Made by a program: the position numbers and the translations under genes. Under the pieces are notes generated by a model. That model was not told where the DNA came from. It searched no databases and saw nothing but the letters and a program-made list of their open reading frames with translations. Shown one piece after another: positions 1 through 10,028 of a stretch of 64,000 nucleotides of DNA. The stretch comes from an uncultured delta proteobacterium (GTDB taxonomy: Bacteria > Desulfobacterota > Binatia > UBA9968). Where the stretch lies: the NCBI GenBank assembly GCA_963760795.1, contig CAVXEP010000011.1, positions 1-64,000 of the forward strand, given 5' to 3'. Position 1 is the stretch's first letter. The number at the start of each line of letters is the position of its first letter.

Positions 1-1725
1 CCAGAAGCCCATGAAGGTCGCGGTGTCGTGGGTGTTGAGACTCGCGACGACATTGGCGGGAACCGCATCCAGTGCGTGGTTGGGATCGGCGTTGACGCCG
101 AACTGGCCGACATGCATGCCGAGGAATTTTCGCTGCGCCATGGCTGCGTTGACGGCTTCGGGAACGGTGCCGAGATTTTCACCAACGATCTGGACTCGAT
201 GGCGGTGCGACTCGAAATTCAAAATCGCGTAAAACTCCGGCGCGCGATAGTGCACATAGACGCCGTCGGTGGCGCTAAAACCATCGGGCACCCAAAAGAC
301 GCGATGCATTCCCATCACATGATCGATACGCAGCATGCCGGCCGAACCCATATGATGGCGCAGGCAATCGATGTAGTAACGGTACCCTTGCTGGCGGTTC
401 GCTTCGGGATGGAGCGGTGGAAAGCCCCAGTTCTGCCCTCTGATAAACAATTCATCCGGCGGCGCGCCGCCGTTCATGCCGAGGGCGAAGAGGCTTCGCT
501 CGCGCCAAACATCGTAGCCATCGCGGTTGACACCGAGTGGAAAGTCTAGATAGAGCGCGGCGCCGCCGCGGCGCGCGTTGGCGCTGACCGCGGCGATTTG
601 TTCAGCGCACTGCCACTGGACATAGAGATGATAGATCTTGGCGAAATCGTCGAAGTCGCCGCGCTGCAATTTGCCTGCACGGCTGTCCATGGGCCAGTCA
701 ATCCAGATTTTCTGTTCGCGTTCAGTTTTGGCGCGAAACTCGGCGTAGTCTTGCGCTACCGGATGGCTGGCGACGAAATTTTCAAAATCGTCGCGCCGCT
801 GCGCCGAATTTTGCAGTAAAGCGCGCAGCAAGGCGGTTAGGATCTCTCGTTTGCGCGCCATAACTTCGCGATACTGGACCAGCGGCGCGGCGCGCCAATG
901 ATTCAAGTCGTTGATCAAGCCGGAGTTTGTTAGGAGAGTCTTCGCTTCGGCGCAATCTTGCAGCTCGGCAATGCGCTCGATGTCCAGATAGAACTCATTC
1001 CAAAATAGCCGGCTCACCGGGGCGTAGGGACTCGGATTGAACGGTTCGTCCAAAAAGTTCGCGAGCATGGGCAGAGTGGCGACGGCGTGACCGCCGAGGC
1101 CGGCGGTGAATTCGACCAGCCGGCTGAGATCGGAAAAATTACCGACACCCCAGCCTTGTTCGGAATGGAGCGCGTAGAGCGGACAGAAGAGTCCCCAGCG
1201 CTTCTTAGTTTCGATCGGATTGTACGCTTGGGGCGGGGCGCAAAACAGATAACTATCGGCTTCTACCTCGCCGATGCGCAAATACAGCCGGTGGTAGCCA
1301 AGCGGGAGTTGCGCTGGGCCAATCAGGCGTCGCGTGACATAGCGTGACCCTTCGACTTCGCGCGCGACGGACTTGGTGGCGGGATCTTCTCGCAGGTTGC
1401 CTTCGAGTGTCGCGCCGCTGTCCAGAAGAATTCGATAACTTATCCGGGTTTCTGCGAGTTGCGTGAGAACGCGAATTTTGAGTGTAGGCGGTTGGTTTTG
1501 CCAAACCACGATCACTGGCTCGATGACGCGTTGCCACAATGCTTGGCGGCGCTGGCGCCAGGCATCGTCGGCATCGTCAAATCGTTGTAGCGGCGCGCCG
1601 AGCGCCCGCAATATCTGGAGGATCGCATCCGTTGACGCTTGGCGCAGCTGTCCGAGGCCGTCACGATAACTGGACTGGATGTTATAAAGCCGTGCGAGGC
1701 GGGTGAGGGCGTCGGGCGCAAACAT
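1..1725 (-). CDS. malQ: 4-alpha-glucanotransferase (amylomaltase, GH77), 3' end runs off the window
   Basis: Not in the ORF track. Manual translation of three segments in one minus frame from ATG 1725 gives MFAPDALTRLARLYNIQSSY..., RWGLFCPLYALHSEQGWGVGNFSDL...PFNPSPYAP and VASLNTHDTATF (MalQ motifs). Confidence 0.9.
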   Translation of the reverse strand, partial: MFAPDALTRLARLYNIQSSYRDGLGQLRQASTDAILQILRALGAPLQRFDDADDAWRQRRQALWQRVIEPVIVVWQNQPPTLKIRVLTQLAETRISYRILLDSGATLEGNLREDPATKSVAREVEGSRYVTRRLIGPAQLPLGYHRLYLRIGEVEADSYLFCAPPQAYNPIETKKRWGLFCPLYALHSEQGWGVGNFSDLSRLVEFTAGLGGHAVATLPMLANFLDEPFNPSPYAPVSRLFWNEFYLDIERIAELQDCAEAKTLLTNSGLINDLNHWRAAPLVQYREVMARKREILTALLRALLQNSAQRRDDFENFVASHPVAQDYAEFRAKTEREQKIWIDWPMDSRAGKLQRGDFDDFAKIYHLYVQWQCAEQIAAVSANARRGGAALYLDFPLGVNRDGYDVWRERSLFALGMNGGAPPDELFIRGQNWGFPPLHPEANRQQGYRYYIDCLRHHMGSAGMLRIDHVMGMHRVFWVPDGFSATDGVYVHYRAPEFYAILNFESHRHRVQIVGENLGTVPEAVNAAMAQRKFLGMHVGQFGVNADPNHALDAVPANVVASLNTHDTATFMGFW

Positions 1726-1845
1726 GATGGGTTTCGCAGTTTACCAGATGCTTGGTGAATTTTCTGGTTCGATAAGCTTTCCGCGGTTACAGTGTCGCTG
1801 AGCGTGCGGCAATGACCGAACGCGAATTGAACGCTTTCCCAGCTA

Positions 1846-2902
1846 TCAAACCAAGCGCACCCAGGGCTTCTGCTGCGACGTGGCGTAACCGATGGCGCAG
1901 GCGGCCGTGACACCGGCGGCGTGCAGGTCGTCGACGAGTTTGGCGGCGTGTTGCTTGCCGATGGCGATGAGCAAGCCGCCGGAGGTTTGCGGGTCGAGGG
2001 CGACTTCGGCCAAACCTTCGCTGACATTTTTCTCGATGACCATCTTGTCGTCGAGATAATCTTTATTGCGTTTACAGCCGCCAGTTATATAGCCCTTTTC
2101 GGCGAGCCGCACCGCACCCTTGAGCAGCGGCAGTTTCGCCGATTCTAGTATCAACGTGACGCCGCTGCCGCTGGCCATCTCTTGGGCGTGGCCCAGGACG
2201 CCGAAGCCGGTGACATCGGAAACCGCGTGGACCTTATGTTTGCGTGCGACATAGGAGGCGTTGGCGTTGAGGGCGGTCATCGAAGTTACTGCTTCCGCGA
2301 CGCTTTCGGCCGATGCCTTGCCGCGCTTGAGGGCGGTGGTGATGATGCCGGTGCCGAGCGGCTTGGTCAGGATTAACACATCCCCGACCTGGACGCCGAC
2401 GTTGCGGAATATCTTATCCGGGTGGATGACGCCGGTGACGGCCATGCCGTACTTGATCTCGTCGTCGATGATGCTATGGCCGCCGATGATCACCGCGCCG
2501 GTCTCTTTGACTTTGTCGGCGCCGCCTTTCAAAATCTCGCCCAGGATCGAGATGTCCATCTTCCCCTTGGGGAAGCAGACGATGTTCAGGCAGGTCTTGG
2601 GCTCGCCGCCCATGGCGTAGACATCGCTCAGCGAATTGGTCGCAGAAATTTGTCCGAACAAATAAGGGTCGTCAACGATGGGAGTAAAAAAGTCCACGGT
2701 GTTGACGATCGCCAGATCAGGGCCTAAACGATACACCCCGGCGTCGTCGGAGGTTTCCGTACCGACCAGCATGTTCGGATCGTTGAACTTCGGTAAGCCG
2801 TGTAATACTTGCGCAAGGTCGCCCGGACCGAGCTTTGCAGCTCAACCCGCGGCTTTTGACCGATTGCGTCAAGCGCACGGCATTCTTTTTCCCTAGCATC
2901 AT
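1846..2902 (-). CDS. selD: Selenide, water dikinase SelD, selenocysteine-containing; one apparent extra A at ~2855
   Basis: ORF 1846-2772 has DDAGVY, TVDFFTP, GGHS, DVTGFG and DPQTSGGLL. The same frame extends upstream through TGA (2844-2842) as KAAG-U-AAKLGPGDL. The N-terminus MMLGKKNAVRLTQSVK is one base out of frame. Confidence 0.93.
2813..2838 (-). promoter_or_regulatory. Candidate bacterial SECIS hairpin of selD
   Basis: Just after the UGA: GCAA-(AGCTC)-GGTC-CGGGC-GACC-TTGC. The upper stem starts 12 nt after UGA and has a G-rich loop. Confidence 0.65.
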
Positions 2903-2935
2903 AGTGCATAACTTTAGATCGTCCGTCCGGCGAAT

Positions 2936-4864
2936 TCAATGTGACGGAGTTTTCGGCGCGGCGAGAGGGACTTTAAGTTTGCGGATGTCGCCGATGCGAA
3001 TCGTCAACCCAATGCGGTCGAAGTATTCCAGCAACGGAATCGTATACTTGCGGCTGGAACCGATCAGATCACGAAACGCCGCGGCGTTCATCTCGCCTTT
3101 CTCGGTTAAGAATTGCACCAGGGTCCCACGCAGTTGTTCAATGCTCGAAGCGAGGAAATACATGTCGGCGGTGATGTGCACCACCGAGCCTTCTCGTTCG
3201 AGTAGGTGGATGACTTCGCTCAAACGATTTCGCGGCACGCCGGCTTGTTTTTCGACTTCCTTCAGGTCGGGCGGTGCCAGAGGCTGTTCGCCGAGAATTT
3301 TCTTGATCTTGTCCATCAAGATTTTTTCCTGGCCGCCGAGCTCGACGCGGTGGCTCGCCAGGCGCAGGAGGTTTTCTTCCTTGGCGATGAGTTTCTCGGC
3401 GATAAACAGGTCGACCACGACGCGAAAGATTTTCGGCGAAAGTCGGTAGCCGAGCTTGCCGCGCAGCTCCTCCATGTCCATACCGGGGACCAACGGGTGG
3501 GCGGCGTGGAATTCTTTGAGCGTCTTGAGCATTCGCTCCTTCAGCCGGTTACATTTCAAGTCCGTCGTGTAGACCTTTTCGCCCTCGGCATTGAGCGCGC
3601 GCAGGGATTTCAATGCGTCGACTTTTTGCCGCGCCTCCGGTTCCCGCAAGTTCAGGAACTGATGAATGGCGTCGATGGGCAGCGCAAAGTCGCTACTTTC
3701 GTTCAAGAAGTTTTCCATCAATTGTCCGAAGTCGCCGGTGTGGAGCGCTTTGAGCCGTTCCAGCAGGTTCGCTTCGCCGCGTTTGTGCCGTGCGGACCAG
3801 GGGTGGATGATCGTGCCGCCGCCGAGGGTGCGCTGGGCGGTTTCGTCGCGGGCGACGAAGCGGTCGCCGCGCAAAACCAGTAGCGGTTCCTCCAAAGTGA
3901 TCTGGCAATAGACCGACTCCTTCGGCTCGGCTTTAACCTTGTCGCCGAGCAGAACGACCTTGCCAAGACGCTCCGCCGCGCCCATGTGGATGCGCAGGCG
4001 TTGATGATTCTTGATGCCCTTCGCCGCGGCGGGACGGACTTCCAAAAAAGCGTCGAAGCGTTGTGAGGTGATCGCCAGTTTTTCATGGCAGATGACCTGG
4101 CCGCGTTCAATTGACGCGCGCTCCGGCCCGGTTAAATTCATCGCCACCCGCTGGCCCCAACCAGCGCGTTCGACGGATTGGCCGTGCACTTGCAGGCTGC
4201 GCACCCGAAACAGGTTGTCGCCCGGCAGGCAGCGCACTTGCTCGCCCACTTTGATCTCGCCGGAGAGCGACGTGCCGGTGACGACGACGCCATGGCCTTG
4301 CAAGACAAAAGCCCGGTCCACCGGCAGACGAAAGTAGCCGGATGGGGCGGCGTGATTGGCGGATTTCAGTGTTGTGGAAATCAGTTGCTTTAGTTCATCG
4401 AGGCCTTGGCCAGTTACTGATGAAACCGCGATCTTGGGCGAGTTTTCGAGCAGCGTGCCAAGGGTCAGGATGTCGATCTCTTCTTCGACATCGGCAATTC
4501 GAGCAGGCGCGAGATCGGCCTTGGTGATGACGAAGATCGCCATCTTGATACCGAGTAAATGAACGATGTCGAGGTGCTCTTCGGTCTGCGGCATGACGCC
4601 GTCGTCGGCGGCGACGGTGAATAGAACCAGATCGATGCCATGGGCGCCGGCGAGCATGTTTTTGATGAAACGCTCATGACCCGGCACGTCAACGACGCCC
4701 GCCGAAGTCCCATCCGGCAGATCGAGATGGGCAAAGCCTAAATCGATGGATATGCCGCGTTCTTTTTCTTCCTTTAACCGGTCGGTGTCAGTGCCGGTAA
4801 GGGCTTTGATCAGGCTGGTCTTACCGTGGTCGATGTGGCCGGCGGTGCCGATGATGTAGGGCAT
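2936..4864 (-). CDS. selB: Selenocysteine-specific elongation factor SelB
   Basis: [26 protein letters not shown] and C-terminal winged-helix [13 protein letters not shown]; 642 aa. Confidence 0.97.
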   Translation of the reverse strand: MPYIIGTAGHIDHGKTSLIKALTGTDTDRLKEEKERGISIDLGFAHLDLPDGTSAGVVDVPGHERFIKNMLAGAHGIDLVLFTVAADDGVMPQTEEHLDIVHLLGIKMAIFVITKADLAPARIADVEEEIDILTLGTLLENSPKIAVSSVTGQGLDELKQLISTTLKSANHAAPSGYFRLPVDRAFVLQGHGVVVTGTSLSGEIKVGEQVRCLPGDNLFRVRSLQVHGQSVERAGWGQRVAMNLTGPERASIERGQVICHEKLAITSQRFDAFLEVRPAAAKGIKNHQRLRIHMGAAERLGKVVLLGDKVKAEPKESVYCQITLEEPLLVLRGDRFVARDETAQRTLGGGTIIHPWSARHKRGEANLLERLKALHTGDFGQLMENFLNESSDFALPIDAIHQFLNLREPEARQKVDALKSLRALNAEGEKVYTTDLKCNRLKERMLKTLKEFHAAHPLVPGMDMEELRGKLGYRLSPKIFRVVVDLFIAEKLIAKEENLLRLASHRVELGGQEKILMDKIKKILGEQPLAPPDLKEVEKQAGVPRNRLSEVIHLLEREGSVVHITADMYFLASSIEQLRGTLVQFLTEKGEMNAAAFRDLIGSSRKYTIPLLEYFDRIGLTIRIGDIRKLKVPLAAPKTPSH

Positions 4865-4870
4865 GGGGGA

Positions 4871-4892
4871 GATTTCAAATTACAAATTTAAT
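4871..4892. repeat. Degenerate ATTTCAA heptamer arm at the IS4 3' junction
   Basis: GATTTCAAATTACAAATTTAAT, same style as the other intergenic heptamer arms. Confidence 0.4.
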
Positions 4893-6010
4893 ATAGGTTG
4901 GGAAAGCGCCTGGTGAATCGACATTTTCTCGAAAAGCGACACGCTCAAAATCTGTAGAATCGAATGCAGACTGCGCTCCAGATTCAGACGTTTCTTGACG
5001 ATCGCAACCAGCACGTAGACCGCGATGGCGATCCAGATTTGGGTTCTGACCGCATTCTGCGATGTGCCATAGAAAGCCTTGATCCGCAGGTGTTGCTTGA
5101 TCCAGCGAAAGAACAGTTCGACCTGCCAACGACACTGATAGAGCTGGGTGATGGTCAAAGCGGGCAAGAGGAAGTTGTTGGTGAGAAACACAAAACGTCG
5201 TTGGCTCGCCCCATCGAAGTACCGCACTCGGCGCAGTCGTTCGGGATAGCCACGCTTGGGAACCGGATTGTTGAGCACCACGATCTGATCGCACTGCAAG
5301 CCGGTCTGTTTGTCGACGGTGCGGGAGTACAGACGTCGACAGTCGAAGCGTTTCTTGGCGCGGGTCACAAAGAAGGCCCCCGACTGATGCATGTGGTAGA
5401 GTCTGCGGAAATCGAGATAGCCGCGGTCCATCAGGTAAATGGCTCCAGCCTCCCAGAGCAACTGATCGAGGATGTTGACCTCGTGGATCTGTCCACCGGT
5501 AACGATCACCACGGTGGGAATACTGCCACGCAGATCGAGCAGAGTGTGGAGCTTGACCGCGGACTTGTGTCGGCGGAACTGAGCCCAGGGAAAAAGCGAC
5601 AGACACAGATCGATAGTGGTGGCATCCAGCGCATACACGGTGTGGGCGAGTTCCAGACCGAAGGGCTCGTCCCGATAGAGGATGCGCGCCTGCTGGATCA
5701 GGGTTTGAGCGAAGTCGGCGTAGATGCGCCAGTCGCGAATCTGATTGGCGTTGGCCAAGGTGTTGCGCGAGACCGTGCTGCGAATCCCCAGGTGGTAGAG
5801 CTTTTGCGGCGCAGCTCGCAGACAGGCTTCGATGTCTCTGAGACTCTCGCGATAGGTAAGTTGGGCAAAGGCCAAGGTTAGAAACTGATCCCAACAGGAA
5901 AAACTTTTGACCTTGTAGTGGCCGTGATAACGTTCCACGCAACAGCGAAACTGGTAAGCGGAGGGTATAAAGTCCATCAGTTGAGCGAAAATCGTTTTGC
6001 CAGAATTCAT
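4880..6010 (-). CDS. IS4-family DDE transposase (DUF4372-type N-terminus)
   Basis: MNSGKTIFAQLMDF, ALDATTIDL, MDRGYLDF and YQCRWQVELFFRWIKQHL (YREK-like motif); AAGGAG upstream of ATG 6010. Confidence 0.93.
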   Translation of the reverse strand: MNSGKTIFAQLMDFIPSAYQFRCCVERYHGHYKVKSFSCWDQFLTLAFAQLTYRESLRDIEACLRAAPQKLYHLGIRSTVSRNTLANANQIRDWRIYADFAQTLIQQARILYRDEPFGLELAHTVYALDATTIDLCLSLFPWAQFRRHKSAVKLHTLLDLRGSIPTVVIVTGGQIHEVNILDQLLWEAGAIYLMDRGYLDFRRLYHMHQSGAFFVTRAKKRFDCRRLYSRTVDKQTGLQCDQIVVLNNPVPKRGYPERLRRVRYFDGASQRRFVFLTNNFLLPALTITQLYQCRWQVELFFRWIKQHLRIKAFYGTSQNAVRTQIWIAIAVYVLVAIVKKRLNLERSLHSILQILSVSLFEKMSIHQALSQPILNL

Positions 6011-6148
6011 CGCTAGGCTCCTTGCACAAAGGTGGGGAACCCTGAGTTTCAATGAATTCCGAATTGAAATCGATAAATCGCCGATGGGTCATAAACTCTA
6101 TTGTCTTTAGGCTGTTAAACCCTATGTGTTTTCAAACGTTGGGACAGT
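4880..6148 (-). mobile_element. IS4-family insertion sequence between selA and selB, probably missing its right end
   Basis: Transposase gene plus candidate left end ACTGTCCCAACGTT (6148-6135, minus). No inverted copy is seen downstream of the transposase. Confidence 0.8.
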
Positions 6149-7538
6149 CCAAATTATTCGGAGCGGAATTCGGGACGAGGTCTTCGGCGTCGAAGATGGT
6201 TCTTAGGTCTAGGAGGAATTTGTCGTCCTGGATGCGGCCGATGATTGGTGGATCGGCTTGTCTAAATTGTTTGGCGATGGCGTTGGCGCTGCGTTTCGGG
6301 TGCGCGACGGTGATGACGACCGTCGGTAGTTCTTCCGTCGGTAACGCGCCGCTGCCGATTTGCGATGTCGAGTCTTGGAGCGACAATTGATAGCCCTTGC
6401 CGAGGGCGGTTTCTAGCTTCGGCACAACTAACTGGCCCATGGCGCGGACTTCGTCTACGGAGCGGGTGAAGGCGCGCAGCGTTGGGATTTCGTCGACGAT
6501 GTTGGGCGACTGGCGGTAGCGGCGCAGGGTTGCTTCGAGGGCGGCGAGCGTCAGCTTGCCGCAGCGCAGGGCGCGTTGCAGATGGTTCTTGTTCATCCTA
6601 CCGATCAGTTCTTTTTTGCCGACCATCAAGCCGGCTTGCGGTCCGCCGAGGATCTTGTCGCCGCTGAAGGTCACGACGTCGGCGCCGGCGGCGATTCTTT
6701 CGCCGACCAGCGGCTCTTTCGACAGGCCGTACAGGCTCAAGTCGATCAACGCGCCGCTGCCGAGATCTTCCATCACCGGCAGGTTATGTTTTTTGCCGAT
6801 GGCGACCATTTGTTCCAAAGTCACTTCGGCGGTGAAGCCGACGACTTTGTAGTTGCTGGTGTGGACTTTGAGCAGCAGGGCGGTGTTTTCGTTGATGGCG
6901 TTTTCGTAATCCGCCGGATGGGTGCGATTGGTCGCGCCGACTTCGCGCAGAATCGCGCCGCTCTTGGCCATGATCTCGGGAATTCTAAATGCCCCGCCGA
7001 TCTCGATCAGCTCGCCGCGCGAGACGATCACTTCTTTTCCCTGGGCCAACGAATTTAGCCCCAAGAGGACTGCGGCGGCATTGTTGTTCACCACGGTGGC
7101 CGCTTCGGCGCCGGTGAGATCGACCAACAGTTGCTCCAATGTCTCTTCGCGTTTGCCGCGTTTGCCGGCGGCGAGATCGTATTCCAGATTGATCGGCTTG
7201 CCAGCCACCGCCACCATCGCATCGATGGCCGCTTGGGACAGCAGTGCGCGGCCCAAGTTCGTGTGAAGAATCGTCCCGGTGGCGTTGACGACGCGCATAT
7301 GGCCGGGGCGGCTTTCCAATTCGATCTGCACCTCGACTTGATCGAGGATTGCGTCATCATTCAGGAGTTGGGTTTTACCTTGGCGGATATTTGCCCGCAG
7401 CTGATCCAAAGCCGCGCGGCACTTTTGCGTCACGTAATCGCGGTTGTAGCGGGTGAGTAGCGTGGCGCAGCGCGCATGATTAAGCAGGCGATCGATGGAG
7501 GGGAGTTCGCGCAATAAAGTCGCGGTTGGGTCGGCCAT
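6132..7538 (-). CDS. selA: L-seryl-tRNA(Sec) selenium transferase SelA
   Basis: VVNATGTILHTNLGRA, VNNNAAAV, SRGELIEIGGAFRIP and FSGDKILGGPQAG (PLP lysine). Confidence 0.97.
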   Translation of the reverse strand: MADPTATLLRELPSIDRLLNHARCATLLTRYNRDYVTQKCRAALDQLRANIRQGKTQLLNDDAILDQVEVQIELESRPGHMRVVNATGTILHTNLGRALLSQAAIDAMVAVAGKPINLEYDLAAGKRGKREETLEQLLVDLTGAEAATVVNNNAAAVLLGLNSLAQGKEVIVSRGELIEIGGAFRIPEIMAKSGAILREVGATNRTHPADYENAINENTALLLKVHTSNYKVVGFTAEVTLEQMVAIGKKHNLPVMEDLGSGALIDLSLYGLSKEPLVGERIAAGADVVTFSGDKILGGPQAGLMVGKKELIGRMNKNHLQRALRCGKLTLAALEATLRRYRQSPNIVDEIPTLRAFTRSVDEVRAMGQLVVPKLETALGKGYQLSLQDSTSQIGSGALPTEELPTVVITVAHPKRSANAIAKQFRQADPPIIGRIQDDKFLLDLRTIFDAEDLVPNSAPNNLDCPNV

Positions 7539-7683
7539 GAGGAATCAAAGATTTGCACAGGGTAGGGCTAAATTCAACTTGGAACTGAGCGGCGCTTACG
7601 CGGTGTTCGACAGTTCCGATTGGTGCAAATTGATTTTGTTGGGTTTGTCCGGTCGAACGTTAACACTTATGATTGTTGTTACT

Positions 7684-7822
7684 ATGACTGAGAAAATTTC
7701 GATACTTCAAATTCGCCAGCGACTCGGCGCTATCCTGAGTCGTGTCGCGCTTCGCAACGACCAATTCATTATCGAACACAACGGCAAGCGGCGTGCTGCC
7801 GTGGTGCCGGTGGAGCGGTTCG
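7684..7822 (+). pseudogene. Truncated Phd/YefM-type antitoxin
   Basis: MTEKISILQIRQRLGAILSRVALRNDQFIIEHNGKRRAAVVPVERF fits the Phd N-terminal pattern, then runs into unrelated sequence. Confidence 0.65.
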
Positions 7823-7979
7823 CGATGCGCCGCAGCGTTTTCGCGTGCGCGGGTGCAACGAACTTTTCTCCCATCCCGGGCGCGCGGCCATGCGGCATGA
7901 AGTGCTCCGCGAAGCCCGGCACGTCCTTGAGCTCCGGTGCCTGCTTCGCCCACAACCGGGTGATCGTCGGCGACACCAT
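7821..7979 (-). pseudogene. Internal fragment of a gamma-glutamyltransferase
   Basis: MVSPTITRLWAKQAPELKDVPGFAEHFMPHGRAPGMGEKFVAPAHAKTLRRIA resembles an internal GGT segment. Confidence 0.65.
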
Positions 7980-8021
7980 GTAGAGGTCCACTCAGCAGTT
8001 CGCGTCCACGAAAATGCTGCA

Positions 8022-9337
8022 TCAGGGAAGCGAAACAAGTCCCATCCAGAAGAGGTTTCTGCCAGGCCCCAATTCGACGTCGTACTTGCGCACAAAGTTA
8101 AGCGTGCCGTCAGCGCGGATCCAAAAAACGGCCAAGCCAGCGGGCACAATGCGTACGTTGTTTCCGTCACGTACGGAAAGCGACATCTGATTGGCCGCAA
8201 CTAGGATGAGGCCGCTTGAGTCGATGGCGAAGGTGCGCGCGTGCATTCCTCGAGTATCGATGTTTTGAATCAGCGTCGGCTCCCCGGTGTCCTGATTGAT
8301 CTGGTACACGGCAATGGAGTTTTCTCCTCCGGCGAAAACGGACGTGCCTTCGAACTCCGTTGTTCCGCTGGCGCGATTGGCGACGTAGACGAACCTGCCG
8401 CTAGGGTGCATGTGAATGGTGCCCCCAGCTTGTCCGGGTCGGACTCTGTTTGGAGCAGTCAGCGTGTCTTTTGTAAACAACGGCTCGCTGGTCAGTGTTT
8501 CATCGGTCAATTTCTTGTAGACTTGGAGCTTGTTTTGCCGCTCCAGTGACACGAAGACCCAAGGCCCGGATGTGTGAAAATCAAGGTGCCGCGGTTGGAA
8601 ACCAAGACCTCCACCCGGAGCAATGGACGCCCGGGTCGCTAGCAATCCGTCGTCGTAGCTGAATATCTTCAGGGCACCCGGGTCTTCCGGTCTGACGCCA
8701 GTGGGGCCATTTCCCCGCGTCACGAGAATCACGCTCTTATTCGATGGATCCACCCGCACCTGATGCGCGTAGATGCCGGCATCTAGCATTGTCGGTGGCT
8801 TGACCTCCGAACCGACGGTTCCGTCTGGCTGGATCCGATGCACGGTCACCCCGCTCGGATTGTTGTACGCGACGAGCAGATGTGCGCCCGGGATGTCGGT
8901 AGTCACGTGAATTGGACGCGATCGCAGCGATACCCACTGGCCATGAGGCTGCAGCGCCCCTGATGCGGGATTGATGCGGAAGGTGGTCACGCCATGTTGA
9001 CTGCCGATCAATCCAGGACCAGCGCCAGAAGGCGTGTTAAAACTAGGACCACCGTTGCTCCATGCCACATAGAGATATTGTCTCGAAGGATGAGGCCACG
9101 CCTCTTGCACATTCGCCGGAAGCGTTACCGAACCTTGTCTAAACAGCGTCGCATGCTCCTCATCCACGTCGTACCAGACCATGTCGGGCCCCACACTGGC
9201 ATAGAGCATGACTCTACGTGAACTCGACGGCTGCACAGATATTTGGGCCTGACCGATGGTCGCCACGAGCATGCTCAAGGCTGTAAATGCCACTCGTTGA
9301 AATCGAATCCAATGTTGAGACCTCCATTAACGCTCAT
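8022..9337 (-). CDS. Lactonase-family beta-propeller (6-phosphogluconolactonase/carboxymuconate cyclase-like) with signal peptide; likely 1-nt deletion near the start
   Basis: ORF 8022-9293 has HPSRQYLY, AHQVRVDP, QPRHLDFH and HPSGRFVYVANR. AGGAGG-ATG at ~9337 joins the frame if one base is added. Confidence 0.8.
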
Positions 9338-9874
9338 TGTCCCTCCTAGTTTCCAAATTGCCGCTGCCGGTACGATTGGACCGAGACCAACATCGTGGTG
9401 AATGTTCAACGCCGGCTTGAGCGGTGGCGCGGCAGCACCGGCAGGTCCAAGCTGCAGTTAGCCGCCGCTTCGGGAACAAGCGCCGTGGTGGCCGCGCCAC
9501 TGCGTCGGTGCCGCTGGTCAGCCACCCAGCTCCCGGCAACGTATTTGGCCACCGTCCATTTTGAGAAAATCAAATCGGCTGCAATATCCGTCATTGAGAA
9601 GCCCTTGTCAATCTCTGTTCCCGACAAACCCGCTCGTGGGCCGGTGCATTGAGAAATCAGCCCGCTATGAAGCACGGCGGCGCATTCCGAGATCTCAACA
9701 TGGAAACGGGGGATGGTTGCAAAATTTCGGTCTGATCCGTTCGTTACGTGAAGCGGAGATCAGCATCGCTGCCGGTAGTGGTTCGATCCAATACCAAACC
9801 GAACTCATCACTTCAGAAAGATTCCTCGCAGATCCGCCCGGGCTGACAGCACAGATCGACTTGCATCGCGAATT

Positions 9875-9903
9875 CTTCGGCTGCACTCAGGATAAACTCC
9901 GAC
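9875..9903. repeat. CTTCG..GCTCAGG-type short REP-like hairpin
   Basis: CTTCGGCTGCACTCAGGATAAACTCC; relatives at ~52731 and inside 56341-56495. Confidence 0.5.
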
Positions 9904-9992
9904 GAGGATTGACGTTGAACCACTGAGTTCGGCGAGCGATGACGGCCCGCTTTGCTTGACACCCTCGGCGCGACTCGGATATTCGTGTTTAC

Positions 9993-10005
9993 ACCTATAA
10001 TAGGT
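9993..10005. promoter_or_regulatory. Candidate operator palindrome upstream of the Rieske operon
   Basis: ACCTAT-A-ATAGGT perfect dyad containing TATAAT; TTGACA at 9956-9961. Confidence 0.35.
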
Positions 10006-10028
10006 TTCGTTGGGACAAGGACGACGTT

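Noticed and set aside
4875-6092. 405-aa alternate-frame ORF and 305-aa antisense ORF over the transposase
   Set aside because: No recognisable motifs; shadows of the IS4 transposase.
1846-7680. tRNA-Sec (selC) near the sel genes
   Set aside because: No cloverleaf with a UCA anticodon was recognised by eye; tRNAscan-SE or Aragorn would settle it.
9695-9830. Toxin remnant suggested by VWYWI
   Set aside because: The match is too short to support a family call.
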